Origin: Candidatus Micrarchaeota archaeon
Lineage (GTDB): Archaea > Micrarchaeota > Micrarchaeia > Micrarchaeales > CABMGC01
Direction of reading: 5' to 3'
NCBI GenBank assembly: GCA_021804095.1
Contig: JAJZKQ010000002.1
Location: 1 to 55,067 of the forward strand
DNA length: 55,067 nt
Positions 1 through 9,726 of this stretch are shown here, one piece after another. Within the stretch, counting starts at the first letter, position 1. Each line of letters begins with the position of its first letter. The translations under genes were made by a program, and so were the position numbers. A model generated the notes under the pieces. That model saw only the letters and a program-made list of their open reading frames with translations, was not told the origin of the DNA and did no database searches.

Positions 1-698
1 TTGTAACACTTAGGGGCTTGACATTTACATTCAATCGCCTCGTCAATTCCAAAAGAGCCCCCTAATAACTTAGGAGGTATCCAAGAATACAGGAAAACAC
101 GTAAATTTTCACAGTTTTCATCCCGATAAACCTGTTGTTTCTGAGACCGAATGTTTCCTTCAATCTTGAGAAGAAACGTTCTACGGCCCATCTCTTTCCA
201 TAATTTTTGTCTTTTGGCACAGAGGACTTGAACTTCCCTCTTCTGTTTGATGCAATGACAGGAGTCATCCTATTCTCCTTGAGTTCATCCTTTATCCATG
301 CAGCATCCATTGCTGAATCTGCAAGGTATTTTGCCCCCAATCCCAAATTGAGCCATTGTTTCGCACGCATGAAAAGAGGCCTGAAGAACTTCGAATCGTG
401 GTGGTTTGCTTGTTCCACTGTTATAGTTATCGGAAGTTCAGTTTCGACTTCAACTATAGTGTGTATTTTATATCCAAAGAAGAACTCCGTCTTCTCTTTG
501 CTGTTCTGTTGCCGTTTCTTTGTTGGAGGCTAACGAACCCAAGTCTTGGGGGAAGAAGACCGAACTATCGCAACATCTTCCCTTATTTTTCTTATTTGTA
601 AAAAACCGCCCTCTTTTCAAAGCCACATTAAGATGATTTGATTTTTTGGTCATATATAGTTTCTCAAAGAAAATCTGCACTAAACCTTCCAAACGCAT
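1..698 (-). mobile_element. Degenerate IS4/IS5-family insertion sequence remnant (boundaries uncertain, may continue left of the window)
   Basis: Two consecutive minus-strand ORFs lie in different frames (468..698, then 62..418). Only the downstream one has a recognisable transposase signature. Total coding capacity (about 190 aa) is too short for an intact DDE transposase. I could not identify terminal inverted repeats by eye. Confidence 0.4.
62..418 (-). pseudogene. IS4/IS5-family DDE transposase, C-terminal fragment
   Basis: The translation ADSAMDAAWIKDEL...TPVIASNRRGK...YGKRWAVERFFSRLKETFGL matches the conserved C-terminal block of DDE_Tnp_1 (IS4/IS5) transposases (aD.gYd...I...N.R......Y..R..vE..F..lK). 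The N-terminal catalytic part is missing or frameshifted. Confidence 0.65.
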
Positions 699-2292
699 AC
701 AAGTAGTGCTTCTATGTTACGTTTGTCCTAGCAATTTATTACGAATTCAATTGATTATACTATTATATTGTCTTTTATATTGTCTTATCTTTTGTTTGCT
801 ACTAGAGAAGATCTTCTCTATCCATGGTATGCGCTATGTCGCAAGCAGCTTCAGGACCAGGGGAGGGGGCCTCAACTCACCATGCCATAAAAATCCTGCA
901 CGACGTTGCTATGCATTGCACGAACTCGCCTCGACCTATATCTTCCATCGTGTAAAGGCTATCTCGCAACAGAACGCAAATAAACGCAAGAGCAACGCAA
1001 CTATCAATCCCGGCCAGTATGTTACTTACACTGTGATAATTAATGGAGGCATATTGCCGATTACTGCGAATTTAGTGCTAGTCAGCAACTCCATACCAAT
1101 CCAGATAAATGGCGCTAATGCAATTCCTGGAACTACTTACAATACGATTGTACCGGGTGCTGGAAGTGCAGAACCCAACACCATAACCTTCAATTCTCTC
1201 AAGCTGGATACACCAAGTACATCGAGTGGTAGTGCCATATTTGCAGTAAATGCAGTAGACAGCGCAAGCCCGTCATTTACGTTCAATTCTGAATCCGACA
1301 CTGTAACAATACTTGTTCCTTCCCATTCGGGCGGTGGAGGGCCTGCGAAATACACATTCACGCTTTCAGACAACATAAACTCAACTCTTGCATCTGCGCA
1401 GCCAGTCTATACCATATACACGAGCAGTGGCAATATCTCTTATTACCAAAACCAATTGCATGTTACCTTATCGCTGTTTACGCCTTACCTGAACGTTAGC
1501 TGGGCATGCAATGTCTCTATAGGTGCTAACACATACACCTACCAGAATGATGTATACGGCTTAGGATTAGGAATTCCATGCGGTAAATACTATACAACAT
1601 ACACGCCCAACTTAGAGGCCATATACTCTTTATCCGCTCCGACAAAAATTAATACGACAACTACCTCTACAACAACCATACTCCCTACGCCACCAACGCC
1701 TCCAGCGAACAAATCCAATAAATCAATTACTCTGAACGGCAGTATATCATCATCTTCCCCGTTTAAGATAAACTTCACAAACATGCATGTGGTTGTGGTG
1801 CTTACATCTCCATCCCTAGTGCCGATGCGGGCATCTGCCAGCATAACCAACGAGACCTCAATGGTGCTGCCAACCCTTGCCAACTACACGCTCATAAATG
1901 CGTTTAACATCAGCGTTACGACAGCTGCAAACGTCTCCTCAGAGGTTACATCACCCTACACATGCGGCCTTAACTTTTCGTTGATAAAGCCTTTCGAGCT
2001 TGTCAACGGCACTTGGACAGCAATAACGCCATTCTCAGCAAACGCTACCGCATGCACAGTATCGTTCGTTGTGCCAAAGGATCCAATAGTGGGTATTTTC
2101 CAGAAGATAGTGCCTACGACAACAGTTACCACGACAGTCAACACTACAACGACAATTGCGCCTACGACAACGCCGCCGCCGCCAAAGGTAAACACTGCAG
2201 CGATAGCAGTGGTGGTGATAGTAACAGTCATAATCCTGCTGGTACTCGCGTACTACTACATGTCCAAGGCAGGAAAGCGCAGGCGCAGGTAA
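646..2292 (+). CDS. Cell-surface (glyco)protein with Thr/Pro-rich linkers and a C-terminal membrane anchor; 5' end uncertain
   Basis: It has Thr/Pro-rich linkers (TTTTSTTTILPTPPTPP, TTTVTTTVNTTTTIAPTTTPPPP) and many N-x-S/T sequons. A C-terminal hydrophobic helix (AAIAVVVIVTVIILLVLAYYY) is followed by KAGKRRRR. The track start is TTG, and I saw no clean signal peptide in the first ~120 codons. Confidence 0.5.
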   Translation: MVIYSFSKKICTKPSKRIQVVLLCYVCPSNLLRIQLIILLYCLLYCLIFCLLLEKIFSIHGMRYVASSFRTRGGGLNSPCHKNPARRCYALHELASTYIFHRVKAISQQNANKRKSNATINPGQYVTYTVIINGGILPITANLVLVSNSIPIQINGANAIPGTTYNTIVPGAGSAEPNTITFNSLKLDTPSTSSGSAIFAVNAVDSASPSFTFNSESDTVTILVPSHSGGGGPAKYTFTLSDNINSTLASAQPVYTIYTSSGNISYYQNQLHVTLSLFTPYLNVSWACNVSIGANTYTYQNDVYGLGLGIPCGKYYTTYTPNLEAIYSLSAPTKINTTTTSTTTILPTPPTPPANKSNKSITLNGSISSSSPFKINFTNMHVVVVLTSPSLVPMRASASITNETSMVLPTLANYTLINAFNISVTTAANVSSEVTSPYTCGLNFSLIKPFELVNGTWTAITPFSANATACTVSFVVPKDPIVGIFQKIVPTTTVTTTVNTTTTIAPTTTPPPPKVNTAAIAVVVIVTVIILLVLAYYYMSKAGKRRRR

Positions 2293-2297
2293 CAGGC

Positions 2298-2330
2298 TGT
2301 TTTTTGTTTTTCGCCGGCGTTCCTGCCGGC
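2298..2330 (+). terminator. Oligo-T tract plus GC hairpin downstream of the surface-protein gene
   Basis: The sequence tgttttttgttttt lies immediately after the stop codon at 2290-2292. It is followed by gccggc-gttcct-gccggc (6-bp stem, 2313-2318 with 2325-2330). Oligo-T tracts are typical archaeal terminators. Confidence 0.4.
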
Positions 2331-2378
2331 TTCTACTATATTCTATACTTAGGATAGAACCCTATTTAACTATTCAAA

Positions 2379-3845
2379 ATGATAAATATCCAGGCAAAAT
2401 TTATGGACAAGAAGATCATTCTCGCGGTTTTTTTATTTCTGCTTCTAAGCACAGCATTATTAAAAATATATTTTGTCAATGGCGTTGACTGGGACTTCGC
2501 AGCACATTATCTTAGTGCCAAATCGGCAGACTCAAATAATTTCCTGAATGTCATAAAGGAAGAGGTGATTTCCAAACAAACAACTATGCAAGTGGGTGTT
2601 GTAGAAAAAGGAAAGATATATTTTGAATCTTACAGGGCGCCTTTAAGCATAGCATTTTTTATGGTTCTTTATCCCCTCTTAGGTCATAATTCCGCTATTG
2701 CTTACTTAATGATAATGGTAATTCTTCTTTTTTATGCCACTCTGTATTTCTCAAAAAAACTAGGTATCAATTATCTCTTTACAGCTTCACTATTTGCTCT
2801 TCCCTACATCCTAATATTCACATTTGTAGTAAACAGCGAGGGAATGTTATCGTTGATATTAATGATAATTGCACTTTCTTTCGAGAGCGATAACAAATGG
2901 CAATCCGGTATCTTTATCGGGCTTGCAGGACTTGCAAAATATACAAGCCTGATATTCCTACCAATGCTTCTGCTTCTCCAAGGCAGGAAAAATATCCTTA
3001 AGGGATATCTGAGTTTTGTAATCGTAACATTACCCTGGCTTGTTTTTAATTATATCATATTCGGGAACCCGCTATACAGTTATCTCTCTTCGATAAGCGT
3101 TTCGCTTGAAAGTTCAGCACCCAGTCCAATTTCTTTAACTGCCATATTTACCATTGTGGCATTTTTTATACCAGCAATCATAATCTCAATACTCCTTTCA
3201 TATTGGTATTTTAAGGAGAAAAAGAAAGGGGCATATCAAGCCTTCAGGAAAAACGTATTTAAGCGCCCGCTAATAATCCTGATATCATTTCTATCACTTT
3301 CAATTGTAGAATTTATAATTCTCGGAAGGCATGAAAGCCCCTTTGACCAGGCAAGATATGCATATTTCCTTTACAGTGCCCTTGCATTTTTAATTGCTTA
3401 TGCCATAGATAAATTAATCTCCCTTATAAAAAACGATAAGGCATACCTAAAAAAGAGCATTATCCATAACTCAGATATCATACTGTTTTTATTTTCCGCA
3501 GCAACAATCGTAGGGGCATTGGTAATTCTAAATACGGGTATGCATGCTAATCTGACCTCAGGAAGCCAAAATAGCATATTTACGGATGTTGTCTCTGAAA
3601 CAAGAGAACTTAATATGTACAACTGCACATTTGTTTCAAACGATTGGGTCTATCTTAGATACTATAATATAACTGCATATTCTCCTTATTTTTACAACAG
3701 CAGCATTAAGGCATTTCCTGTTATTGTAATAAACAGTATAGGTACTTCATCAAATGCCGTATATATCGGTCTTCACAAAAAGATTTATTCAAATGACTCT
3801 TTCAGTATATATCTAAGCAATTCCAGCAATGAACAGCATTGTTGA
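2379..3845 (+). CDS. Polytopic membrane protein, GT-C-like (PMT/ArnT-type) glycosyltransferase candidate
   Basis: About 11 hydrophobic segments are followed by a C-terminal extracytoplasmic domain of about 100 aa rich in N-x-S/T. This architecture resembles dolichyl-phosphate-sugar-dependent GT-C enzymes. No AglB WWDYG motif is present. A likely alternative start is MDKK at 2403. Confidence 0.4.
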   Translation: MINIQAKFMDKKIILAVFLFLLLSTALLKIYFVNGVDWDFAAHYLSAKSADSNNFLNVIKEEVISKQTTMQVGVVEKGKIYFESYRAPLSIAFFMVLYPLLGHNSAIAYLMIMVILLFYATLYFSKKLGINYLFTASLFALPYILIFTFVVNSEGMLSLILMIIALSFESDNKWQSGIFIGLAGLAKYTSLIFLPMLLLLQGRKNILKGYLSFVIVTLPWLVFNYIIFGNPLYSYLSSISVSLESSAPSPISLTAIFTIVAFFIPAIIISILLSYWYFKEKKKGAYQAFRKNVFKRPLIILISFLSLSIVEFIILGRHESPFDQARYAYFLYSALAFLIAYAIDKLISLIKNDKAYLKKSIIHNSDIILFLFSAATIVGALVILNTGMHANLTSGSQNSIFTDVVSETRELNMYNCTFVSNDWVYLRYYNITAYSPYFYNSSIKAFPVIVINSIGTSSNAVYIGLHKKIYSNDSFSIYLSNSSNEQHC

Positions 3846-3914
3846 TACACAATTCTCAATAACAAGCCATCAAGCTAATGCAATATCCGACTCCTATGCT
3901 CTTCAAGGTTAATA

Positions 3915-5141
3915 TTACTGGCTTTTGTGATTCATGAGCAATCTCTTCCTTCCCGGTATGAAAGGTATAAAAAATATAGAAGCTATGCCAAATAACACCA
4001 TTGCCCACATCGTTTCTGTAAGGCTAATTTTTTCAAGTATCAGAATTGACATCACTGCTATTCCTGTGGCTCCGCCTACTGTGTTGCCAAGCCCCCAAAC
4101 TATCCCATGCGCCGTCGTAGTTATTTTGCTCGGTATTATCTGGTTTACATAACCCAACAAAACCGGAAATCCTGTAAATGCCAGAAAAACAAAAGAGGCA
4201 TAAGAGATAATCAGGAATAATACATCTGATCCTGAAAGCATGAAAGCGATAAAAGTAAGAGTTGAAAATACTGTAGTTATCGCTATTGTAAGCTTACCGC
4301 CATATTTATCGGTAAGTCTTCCAAATAAAGGCTGCCCGAGAATGGCTGTCACAAAGCTTATGGTAAGTATATAGCCTACTGTGATTTCAGAACCAACTCT
4401 GGTCAAAAGATATTCCGATATATATGTGGTAGTGCCTATCAAAAACATTGCTCTGACAAAAACAAGCAGAGTCAACAAAATCAGCACCGGCTTGTACTTT
4501 CCAATGGAAATCTTGGGATCCGATTTCTTTTCAGTTTCCTTTAGCTTTTTACCCCATCTCTTCATTGAAGCCAGTCCGAAAAATATAATTATTCCGGAAA
4601 ATATGGCATATATGCCTAATACTGCCAGCGCATCAGGTGCACCTATAACCAGTATCAACGGAATCAAGACTATAGGGAGCAATGACCTTCCTATACTGCC
4701 GAAAGACCCATTTATACCCATCATCAGTGATGATTTTTCAGAATATATCTCTTCAAGAACAGATGCCCCAAGCGGATGGTAAAATGCCTGGCCTATTCCT
4801 AAAAATATTACGGCAAAGCCCATTATGGGAACCGTATATCTGCTGGATTCGAAAGAAAAGGAGAAAATGACCATAGAGACCCCGAGAATTATTATTCCAA
4901 ACGCGATTAGCATCGGATACTGTCTCGTTTTATCTGCAAACCTTCCTATAGGTGTGCTAAGAAATCCGCTTATTATATTGTAAGCTATTGCCACCGCACC
5001 TAAAAATGCCAACCCCAATCCGAAATCTTTGTTGTAATATATTATCAATATGGAAAACAACAAAGTCGTGAAATCGTTAGTAAAATGCCCCAAAGAGGTA
5101 AAAACCAGTGCTTTTAACCTGCCCGCCTTAGATGTGCCCAT
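3915..5141 (-). CDS. Major facilitator superfamily transporter
   Basis: It is 408 aa with about 12 hydrophobic helices in a 6+6 arrangement, a central charged loop (KRWGKKLKETEKKSDPK), and the MFS-like motif GRFADKTRQ after TM2. Confidence 0.7.
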   Translation of the reverse strand: MGTSKAGRLKALVFTSLGHFTNDFTTLLFSILIIYYNKDFGLGLAFLGAVAIAYNIISGFLSTPIGRFADKTRQYPMLIAFGIIILGVSMVIFSFSFESSRYTVPIMGFAVIFLGIGQAFYHPLGASVLEEIYSEKSSLMMGINGSFGSIGRSLLPIVLIPLILVIGAPDALAVLGIYAIFSGIIIFFGLASMKRWGKKLKETEKKSDPKISIGKYKPVLILLTLLVFVRAMFLIGTTTYISEYLLTRVGSEITVGYILTISFVTAILGQPLFGRLTDKYGGKLTIAITTVFSTLTFIAFMLSGSDVLFLIISYASFVFLAFTGFPVLLGYVNQIIPSKITTTAHGIVWGLGNTVGGATGIAVMSILILEKISLTETMWAMVLFGIASIFFIPFIPGRKRLLMNHKSQ

Positions 5142-5214
5142 ATCGAATGCCTATGTTGGTATTATATCATATGAGCTTAAAAAGTCAGTTTCTATAATGC
5201 TATCTTAACCATTT

Positions 5215-6651
5215 TTAATTCTTGTTTGCAGAAAGCATCTGTAATGCGACATCTCTGTTTTTACCTACGATATTATTCATCTCCTCCGGATCGTTCCGGA
5301 GGTCATACATCTCGTCCTTGATATTTTTCTTAGACCCATAATAATGTATCAGCTTATACCTTCCCTTGTATATCGCACTTGCAAATGTATTATATCTAAG
5401 TTTTGTCTTATAAAGCAGATCAGCATTCTTGGATCTATGCCTCAACCTCTGCAGCAATGGCATATCCCAAACGTCAAGCATTCCTGTATGGTCTGAGAAT
5501 ACATATCCACTATCGGTTTCATTGCCAGGAATCTCCATCATTTTTCCATATCCTATTTCCAAAATGCGGTTGTAAAGCGATTTTAAGCCAACAGGATTTT
5601 CTATCTCCAGGTTTTCCTTGACCTGTTTTCCATTCAAATATCTTGCAGTTACAAATGGCACTTTGGATATCTCATTGTATGGGAAGAGATTATGGTATAA
5701 CTGGCCATGTTCTCCGAAAGCTTGCCCATGGTCGCTTGCCATTATGACTATTGCGTTATCCAAAATTCCATTGGTTTTCATTATTTTAATAAGCTCTCCT
5801 AACTTTGAGTCGAGATACTGGAGCCTTTTCTCATATGCCTTCTTAAGAATGTTTATTCCGGAATTATCTATTATGTTGCTTACATACATCCATCTGTCCT
5901 GGCTTACTTCTTTATCTACAATAAGGTTGGTTGGATAGCCTTCATGAGCTTCCATATAATTTACGAACATAAAATGCCTGTTTCCGAACGATCTTTCAAG
6001 ATACTCTCCTATTATCTTATTAGTCAGTTCAGCCCCTTGGTCTAGCGCATAAGCTCCGGTTTCATTACATACCTTCCTATTGAGTCTTCTTCTCAAGCTA
6101 AGATACATATTATCCATATTCTCTTTTGGAATCAGATATGAAACACCATAAGCAAGTTTGGTAAGGTTTTCCCTGCTAAAATCATTGCCTATTATCCTTA
6201 GAGTTGTTTTATGATACTTAAGCTTATTTTCGATAAAGACATTACGTATATAAGAGAAACCTGTACTTAATCCGGTAGATTCTGTTATGAACGGATTATT
6301 GGAAAAAAGTGAGGTTTTGTATCCCAGATGTGACATCTGCATGGCAAGCGTACGGTCATTATCCCTGATATACTTATTTTTAAGGAAAAGAGGATCTGTA
6401 CTGGTATTCTGGTTTTTTACCGGGTTCTTAAGAAGCATCTTAATATTCCTGACCCTTTTTCCTAGAAACATTGAGAGATGTGAAGGAAGAGTATAGGTTC
6501 CTGGGGCTATAGCGTTTGCATATTTCGTCCCTCTTATTGCCATATTCTCAAAATTTTTCATTGACGCATTTCCTCCGTAAAGCTTAAGGTGGTCGGCGGA
6601 TATCGTATCAAGCATTACGAAAATTACATTTGGCCTGTTTATCGATTTCAT
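5215..6651 (-). CDS. Sulfatase-like (alkaline phosphatase superfamily) hydrolase/transferase
   Basis: It has an N-terminal metal-binding block NVIFVMLDTISADHL, a nucleophile region GTYTLPSHLSMFLGK (Thr in place of the Cys/Ser in C/S-x-P-x-R), and a distal block IVIMASDHGQAFGEHG. Confidence 0.7.
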   Translation of the reverse strand: MKSINRPNVIFVMLDTISADHLKLYGGNASMKNFENMAIRGTKYANAIAPGTYTLPSHLSMFLGKRVRNIKMLLKNPVKNQNTSTDPLFLKNKYIRDNDRTLAMQMSHLGYKTSLFSNNPFITESTGLSTGFSYIRNVFIENKLKYHKTTLRIIGNDFSRENLTKLAYGVSYLIPKENMDNMYLSLRRRLNRKVCNETGAYALDQGAELTNKIIGEYLERSFGNRHFMFVNYMEAHEGYPTNLIVDKEVSQDRWMYVSNIIDNSGINILKKAYEKRLQYLDSKLGELIKIMKTNGILDNAIVIMASDHGQAFGEHGQLYHNLFPYNEISKVPFVTARYLNGKQVKENLEIENPVGLKSLYNRILEIGYGKMMEIPGNETDSGYVFSDHTGMLDVWDMPLLQRLRHRSKNADLLYKTKLRYNTFASAIYKGRYKLIHYYGSKKNIKDEMYDLRNDPEEMNNIVGKNRDVALQMLSANKN

Positions 6652-6687
6652 TATCCATCCAACTCTTTGTAATTCGAATATATTTTA

Positions 6688-7980
6688 CTATGTTGCATTT
6701 GCCACACTGTAATATCCCTCATTTGATATGATTCCCGTTTTGTATATAGCATCTTCCGGAGGGTAGATTACAGACCCGTTTCCAAGTACAAGTTTTCCAT
6801 TGAATGTTAACACTATTGATTTTCCCGGACCAAGCAGATATCCATAACTCCCGTTGAACAACTGATCATCCCTGCTTTTAGCATATGTGCCATTTATGAA
6901 AGTAAGATTTCCTTCAGGACCTATTGAGAACGCTATCGCATCAACTCTATTCCAAACTGCTGTATTGTTTCTACTAGATATTACAAAATTTTTCAAAGAG
7001 ATATTTCTGCTTCCTGTATTCTCTATATCTGCCGATATGCTTATGTTTCCTGAAGCTTCATTTGATATGGAAACTGAGACTATCTTCATATATCTTCCAA
7101 ATCTGAGATCTGTATAATCTTCACGGTTCAGTGCAATATTCTTCCCATATTCCCTTTTGAACAAGCCTACTGTGACCTTTTTACCCTTACCAAGCATCGC
7201 CTCTATTCCCGGGAGCATTAAGAATCCTTCCTCCCCTCCTTTGTAAACCTGAAACACAACTGGTGAAAAATCAAGAATTATCTCCGAACTTGAATTTATT
7301 GTAGAGTTGTCAGTTATCGCCGCAGTTATGTTTCCTGTAGGTACAACTACATCATATCTAGCATTGTTTAACTCCAACTGCGCCGAATCTATCTTAAAAC
7401 TTACTTCATTTATCCTTGAATTATGGGAAACTTCAACACTGCTTATTATTTTGCTTACATTTATCAATGAGAGCAGATTAACAGTGCCGCTTGAATTCGT
7501 TTCTATCCACTCCGGGCCTACTCCTCCTACTGTATGTACTGCTATTCCTGAATAGTTTATGTAAAGTGCCTGAGTCCCAAAAGGAACTGTAGGAGGATCT
7601 GTAAGGCCTATTTGCACAATGCTGCTGCTTTGGGCATTATAAACCAACGCAAGATAAGATAGCAAGACAACTCCTATTAAAACAAAGCCTGCTGTATAAA
7701 AAAACACCCTCTTGTTAAAGTTCGAGCTTATTTTTTTTAGTATGGGTTCTTCTATTCCGAACTTTGAATAATCAAATTCAGGATTTAGTTTATAATATTT
7801 CCATTTTTTCATGTTCCAGTTATCCGATTCCTGTATTGCACCAATCTCCTTAAGTTCCTTCAAGTGCTGACTTACAGTAGAAGGCGCCAAGTTAAGTTTT
7901 TTTGATATGTCAGTAAGCGTCTGCTCATGTGAATTTATTATTTCCAATATCTTATTCTTTGTTGTGTTGTTTCTTCTCAT
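6688..7980 (-). CDS. Membrane-tethered ArsR-type wHTH protein with an extracytoplasmic DUF4382-like domain
   Basis: The N-terminus ILEIINSHEQTLTDISKKLNLAPSTVSQHLKELKEIGAI is an ArsR/SmtB-type HTH. One TM helix follows (VFFYTAGFVLIGVVLLSYLALVY). After it comes LTDPPTV...VNLLSL...VVVPTGNI...ILDFSP, matching the DUF4382 pattern (LTDAP, dLl.l, PSG, lDFd). Confidence 0.6.
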   Translation of the reverse strand: MRRNNTTKNKILEIINSHEQTLTDISKKLNLAPSTVSQHLKELKEIGAIQESDNWNMKKWKYYKLNPEFDYSKFGIEEPILKKISSNFNKRVFFYTAGFVLIGVVLLSYLALVYNAQSSSIVQIGLTDPPTVPFGTQALYINYSGIAVHTVGGVGPEWIETNSSGTVNLLSLINVSKIISSVEVSHNSRINEVSFKIDSAQLELNNARYDVVVPTGNITAAITDNSTINSSSEIILDFSPVVFQVYKGGEEGFLMLPGIEAMLGKGKKVTVGLFKREYGKNIALNREDYTDLRFGRYMKIVSVSISNEASGNISISADIENTGSRNISLKNFVISSRNNTAVWNRVDAIAFSIGPEGNLTFINGTYAKSRDDQLFNGSYGYLLGPGKSIVLTFNGKLVLGNGSVIYPPEDAIYKTGIISNEGYYSVANAT

Positions 7981-8262
7981 ACTTGAGATATGTGTCTATC
8001 ATATTTAAAAATACATGTTAGATAATTCGGCAATGCTTATAAATTCCAATCATACCGAAATATGACCGAAATGAGAGAATCAGACATCTTAGCTGACACA
8101 TCAGTGTTTTTTAATGTTAGGACATGTCATGCTGAACGTGACACTCCAAAACTGCATCATAACTAGTCTAAATATCTTATCTTAAAGCGGCGTGACAACT
8201 GGATATTATAAAAAAGACTATATATCTGCAATAATCAGGTTGATTTACATAATCGTGATTAG

Positions 8263-8862
8263 ATGGTTGAAAAAAATATTCGCAATACAGAAACTTCCAA
8301 ACCTGAACTACTTTCCGCCAAAGCAGGAAAAAAATTCTCTGCGTTCATCGGATTAAGAAGAAAAGAGGCAGAACATCAAACTTCATCTACAATAAAACTC
8401 GAACCTAATAATTCAGAGCTATCAAAAGAAGCGGATGTAAAAAAATATAATGACCTAATAAAAGATGGAAAGTATCTAGATGCCGCTTATCTTGCGCTTG
8501 CCAACGGACTAGGCAATGGCAGAGTCAAAAAGGCAGCCAATTTCGCTTATGACCAATACACGGCATCCAACGAATTTTTAAAAGCATTTATTATCTCTAA
8601 GGAATTAAACCTGCCTCCGGAGAAAATAGAGAAGGCGAAATTCAGTAAGTTTGTAAGCCATCTGGAAAATGGAGAATTTTCTGCTGCTTCTATATTTGCG
8701 GGAACCTCCAGGTTAAGCAAGAAAAGGATATTGGAAGGTATAACTCCAATACTGGATAAGCATAAACGCAAAGCCAATCATGAAGCAGTATTGGAACTGG
8801 GATTATATTTCGACATTCCTGATGTTATCCTTTCCTTATTGGAGGATACCAAAAGGGAATAA
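8263..8862 (+). CDS. Hypothetical protein (predicted helical, no recognisable motif)
   Basis: This is a 199-aa ORF in an otherwise ORF-free interval with coding-like composition. I recognise no family signature. Confidence 0.4.
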   Translation: MVEKNIRNTETSKPELLSAKAGKKFSAFIGLRRKEAEHQTSSTIKLEPNNSELSKEADVKKYNDLIKDGKYLDAAYLALANGLGNGRVKKAANFAYDQYTASNEFLKAFIISKELNLPPEKIEKAKFSKFVSHLENGEFSAASIFAGTSRLSKKRILEGITPILDKHKRKANHEAVLELGLYFDIPDVILSLLEDTKRE

Positions 8863-8919
8863 TACTGTTTCAATTTTTCCGTTTTTCGAGCCAAATAATA
8901 CCATACAGAAATTTCCCTG

Positions 8920-9654
8920 CTAATTAGGTTTCGAACTGGCCCATAATTGCTCAAATTCTTTCTGCAGTTTTATTACCCTTTCCATGTCTTTTATTATCTC
9001 GACATGCTCTATGTTCGAATGTGTGCCGTTATAAGTGAAGTTGGCTGACCCGTGTATCGCCTCGCTTTCGCTTATGTAAAGCTTGGCGTGTACAAACCCC
9101 TCAGGCTTTCTTACAACGATCCTCGTCTTTCTCGGATTTAATGCTGCAAAAGAGAGATATGCTGAAATGGCTGAAAAAAGGAAGGCTATTGCAAACATAA
9201 GAAACTTCAAGTTTACATAAGCAAGATAGTCTACTCCTAAAATCACAACAATAACAGCGAAGAATACTCTCATACTGCTGTTTTTAGAAAGAATGCGGCT
9301 TGCTTCCGCACTCATAGACGAAGAGATTATCCTTATTCTTTTTCTGCCAGCATTATCAAGAAGAAACGTAGCATAATATTTATCTACATATGGGGACACT
9401 ATCCGAATGTCTTCCCCATTCAATATCAGTCTATCTATATACTTATGGCATTCACTTCCTGAATAATATGTGGAAGTATTGTTAAAAAATCCCATAATCC
9501 AATTCCCCATGATGACAATTTTCCATACCTGTATTACATAATATCCGAATCTTTTATATTCTGACAGTAAAAGAACAATGCATATGTACATATCCACTCT
9601 TTCAAAAAATAGTATCTTATTGTTATAGAAAAGACAAAGCTGAACAATTCCCAA
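8920..9654 (-). CDS. Single-HKD phospholipase D/Nuc-family protein with an inserted transmembrane hairpin
   Basis: The HKD motif is FVHAKLYISESEAIHGSANFTYNG (H-x-K-x4-D...GSxN). The N-terminal half of the PLD fold is IRIVSPYVDKYY...RIRIISS. The two halves are separated by two hydrophobic segments (VFFAVIVVILGVDYLAYV and FLMFAIAFLFSAISAYLSFAAL). The probable true start is MGNW at 9510. Confidence 0.6.
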   Translation of the reverse strand: MGIVQLCLFYNNKILFFERVDMYICIVLLLSEYKRFGYYVIQVWKIVIMGNWIMGFFNNTSTYYSGSECHKYIDRLILNGEDIRIVSPYVDKYYATFLLDNAGRKRIRIISSSMSAEASRILSKNSSMRVFFAVIVVILGVDYLAYVNLKFLMFAIAFLFSAISAYLSFAALNPRKTRIVVRKPEGFVHAKLYISESEAIHGSANFTYNGTHSNIEHVEIIKDMERVIKLQKEFEQLWASSKPN

Positions 9655-9726
9655 TTGTGCCTAAAAAGTAGCTTCCTGATCAGACGTACTTATTGCTTAT
9701 AAGCTTTTCAGTATATTATTTATCCG

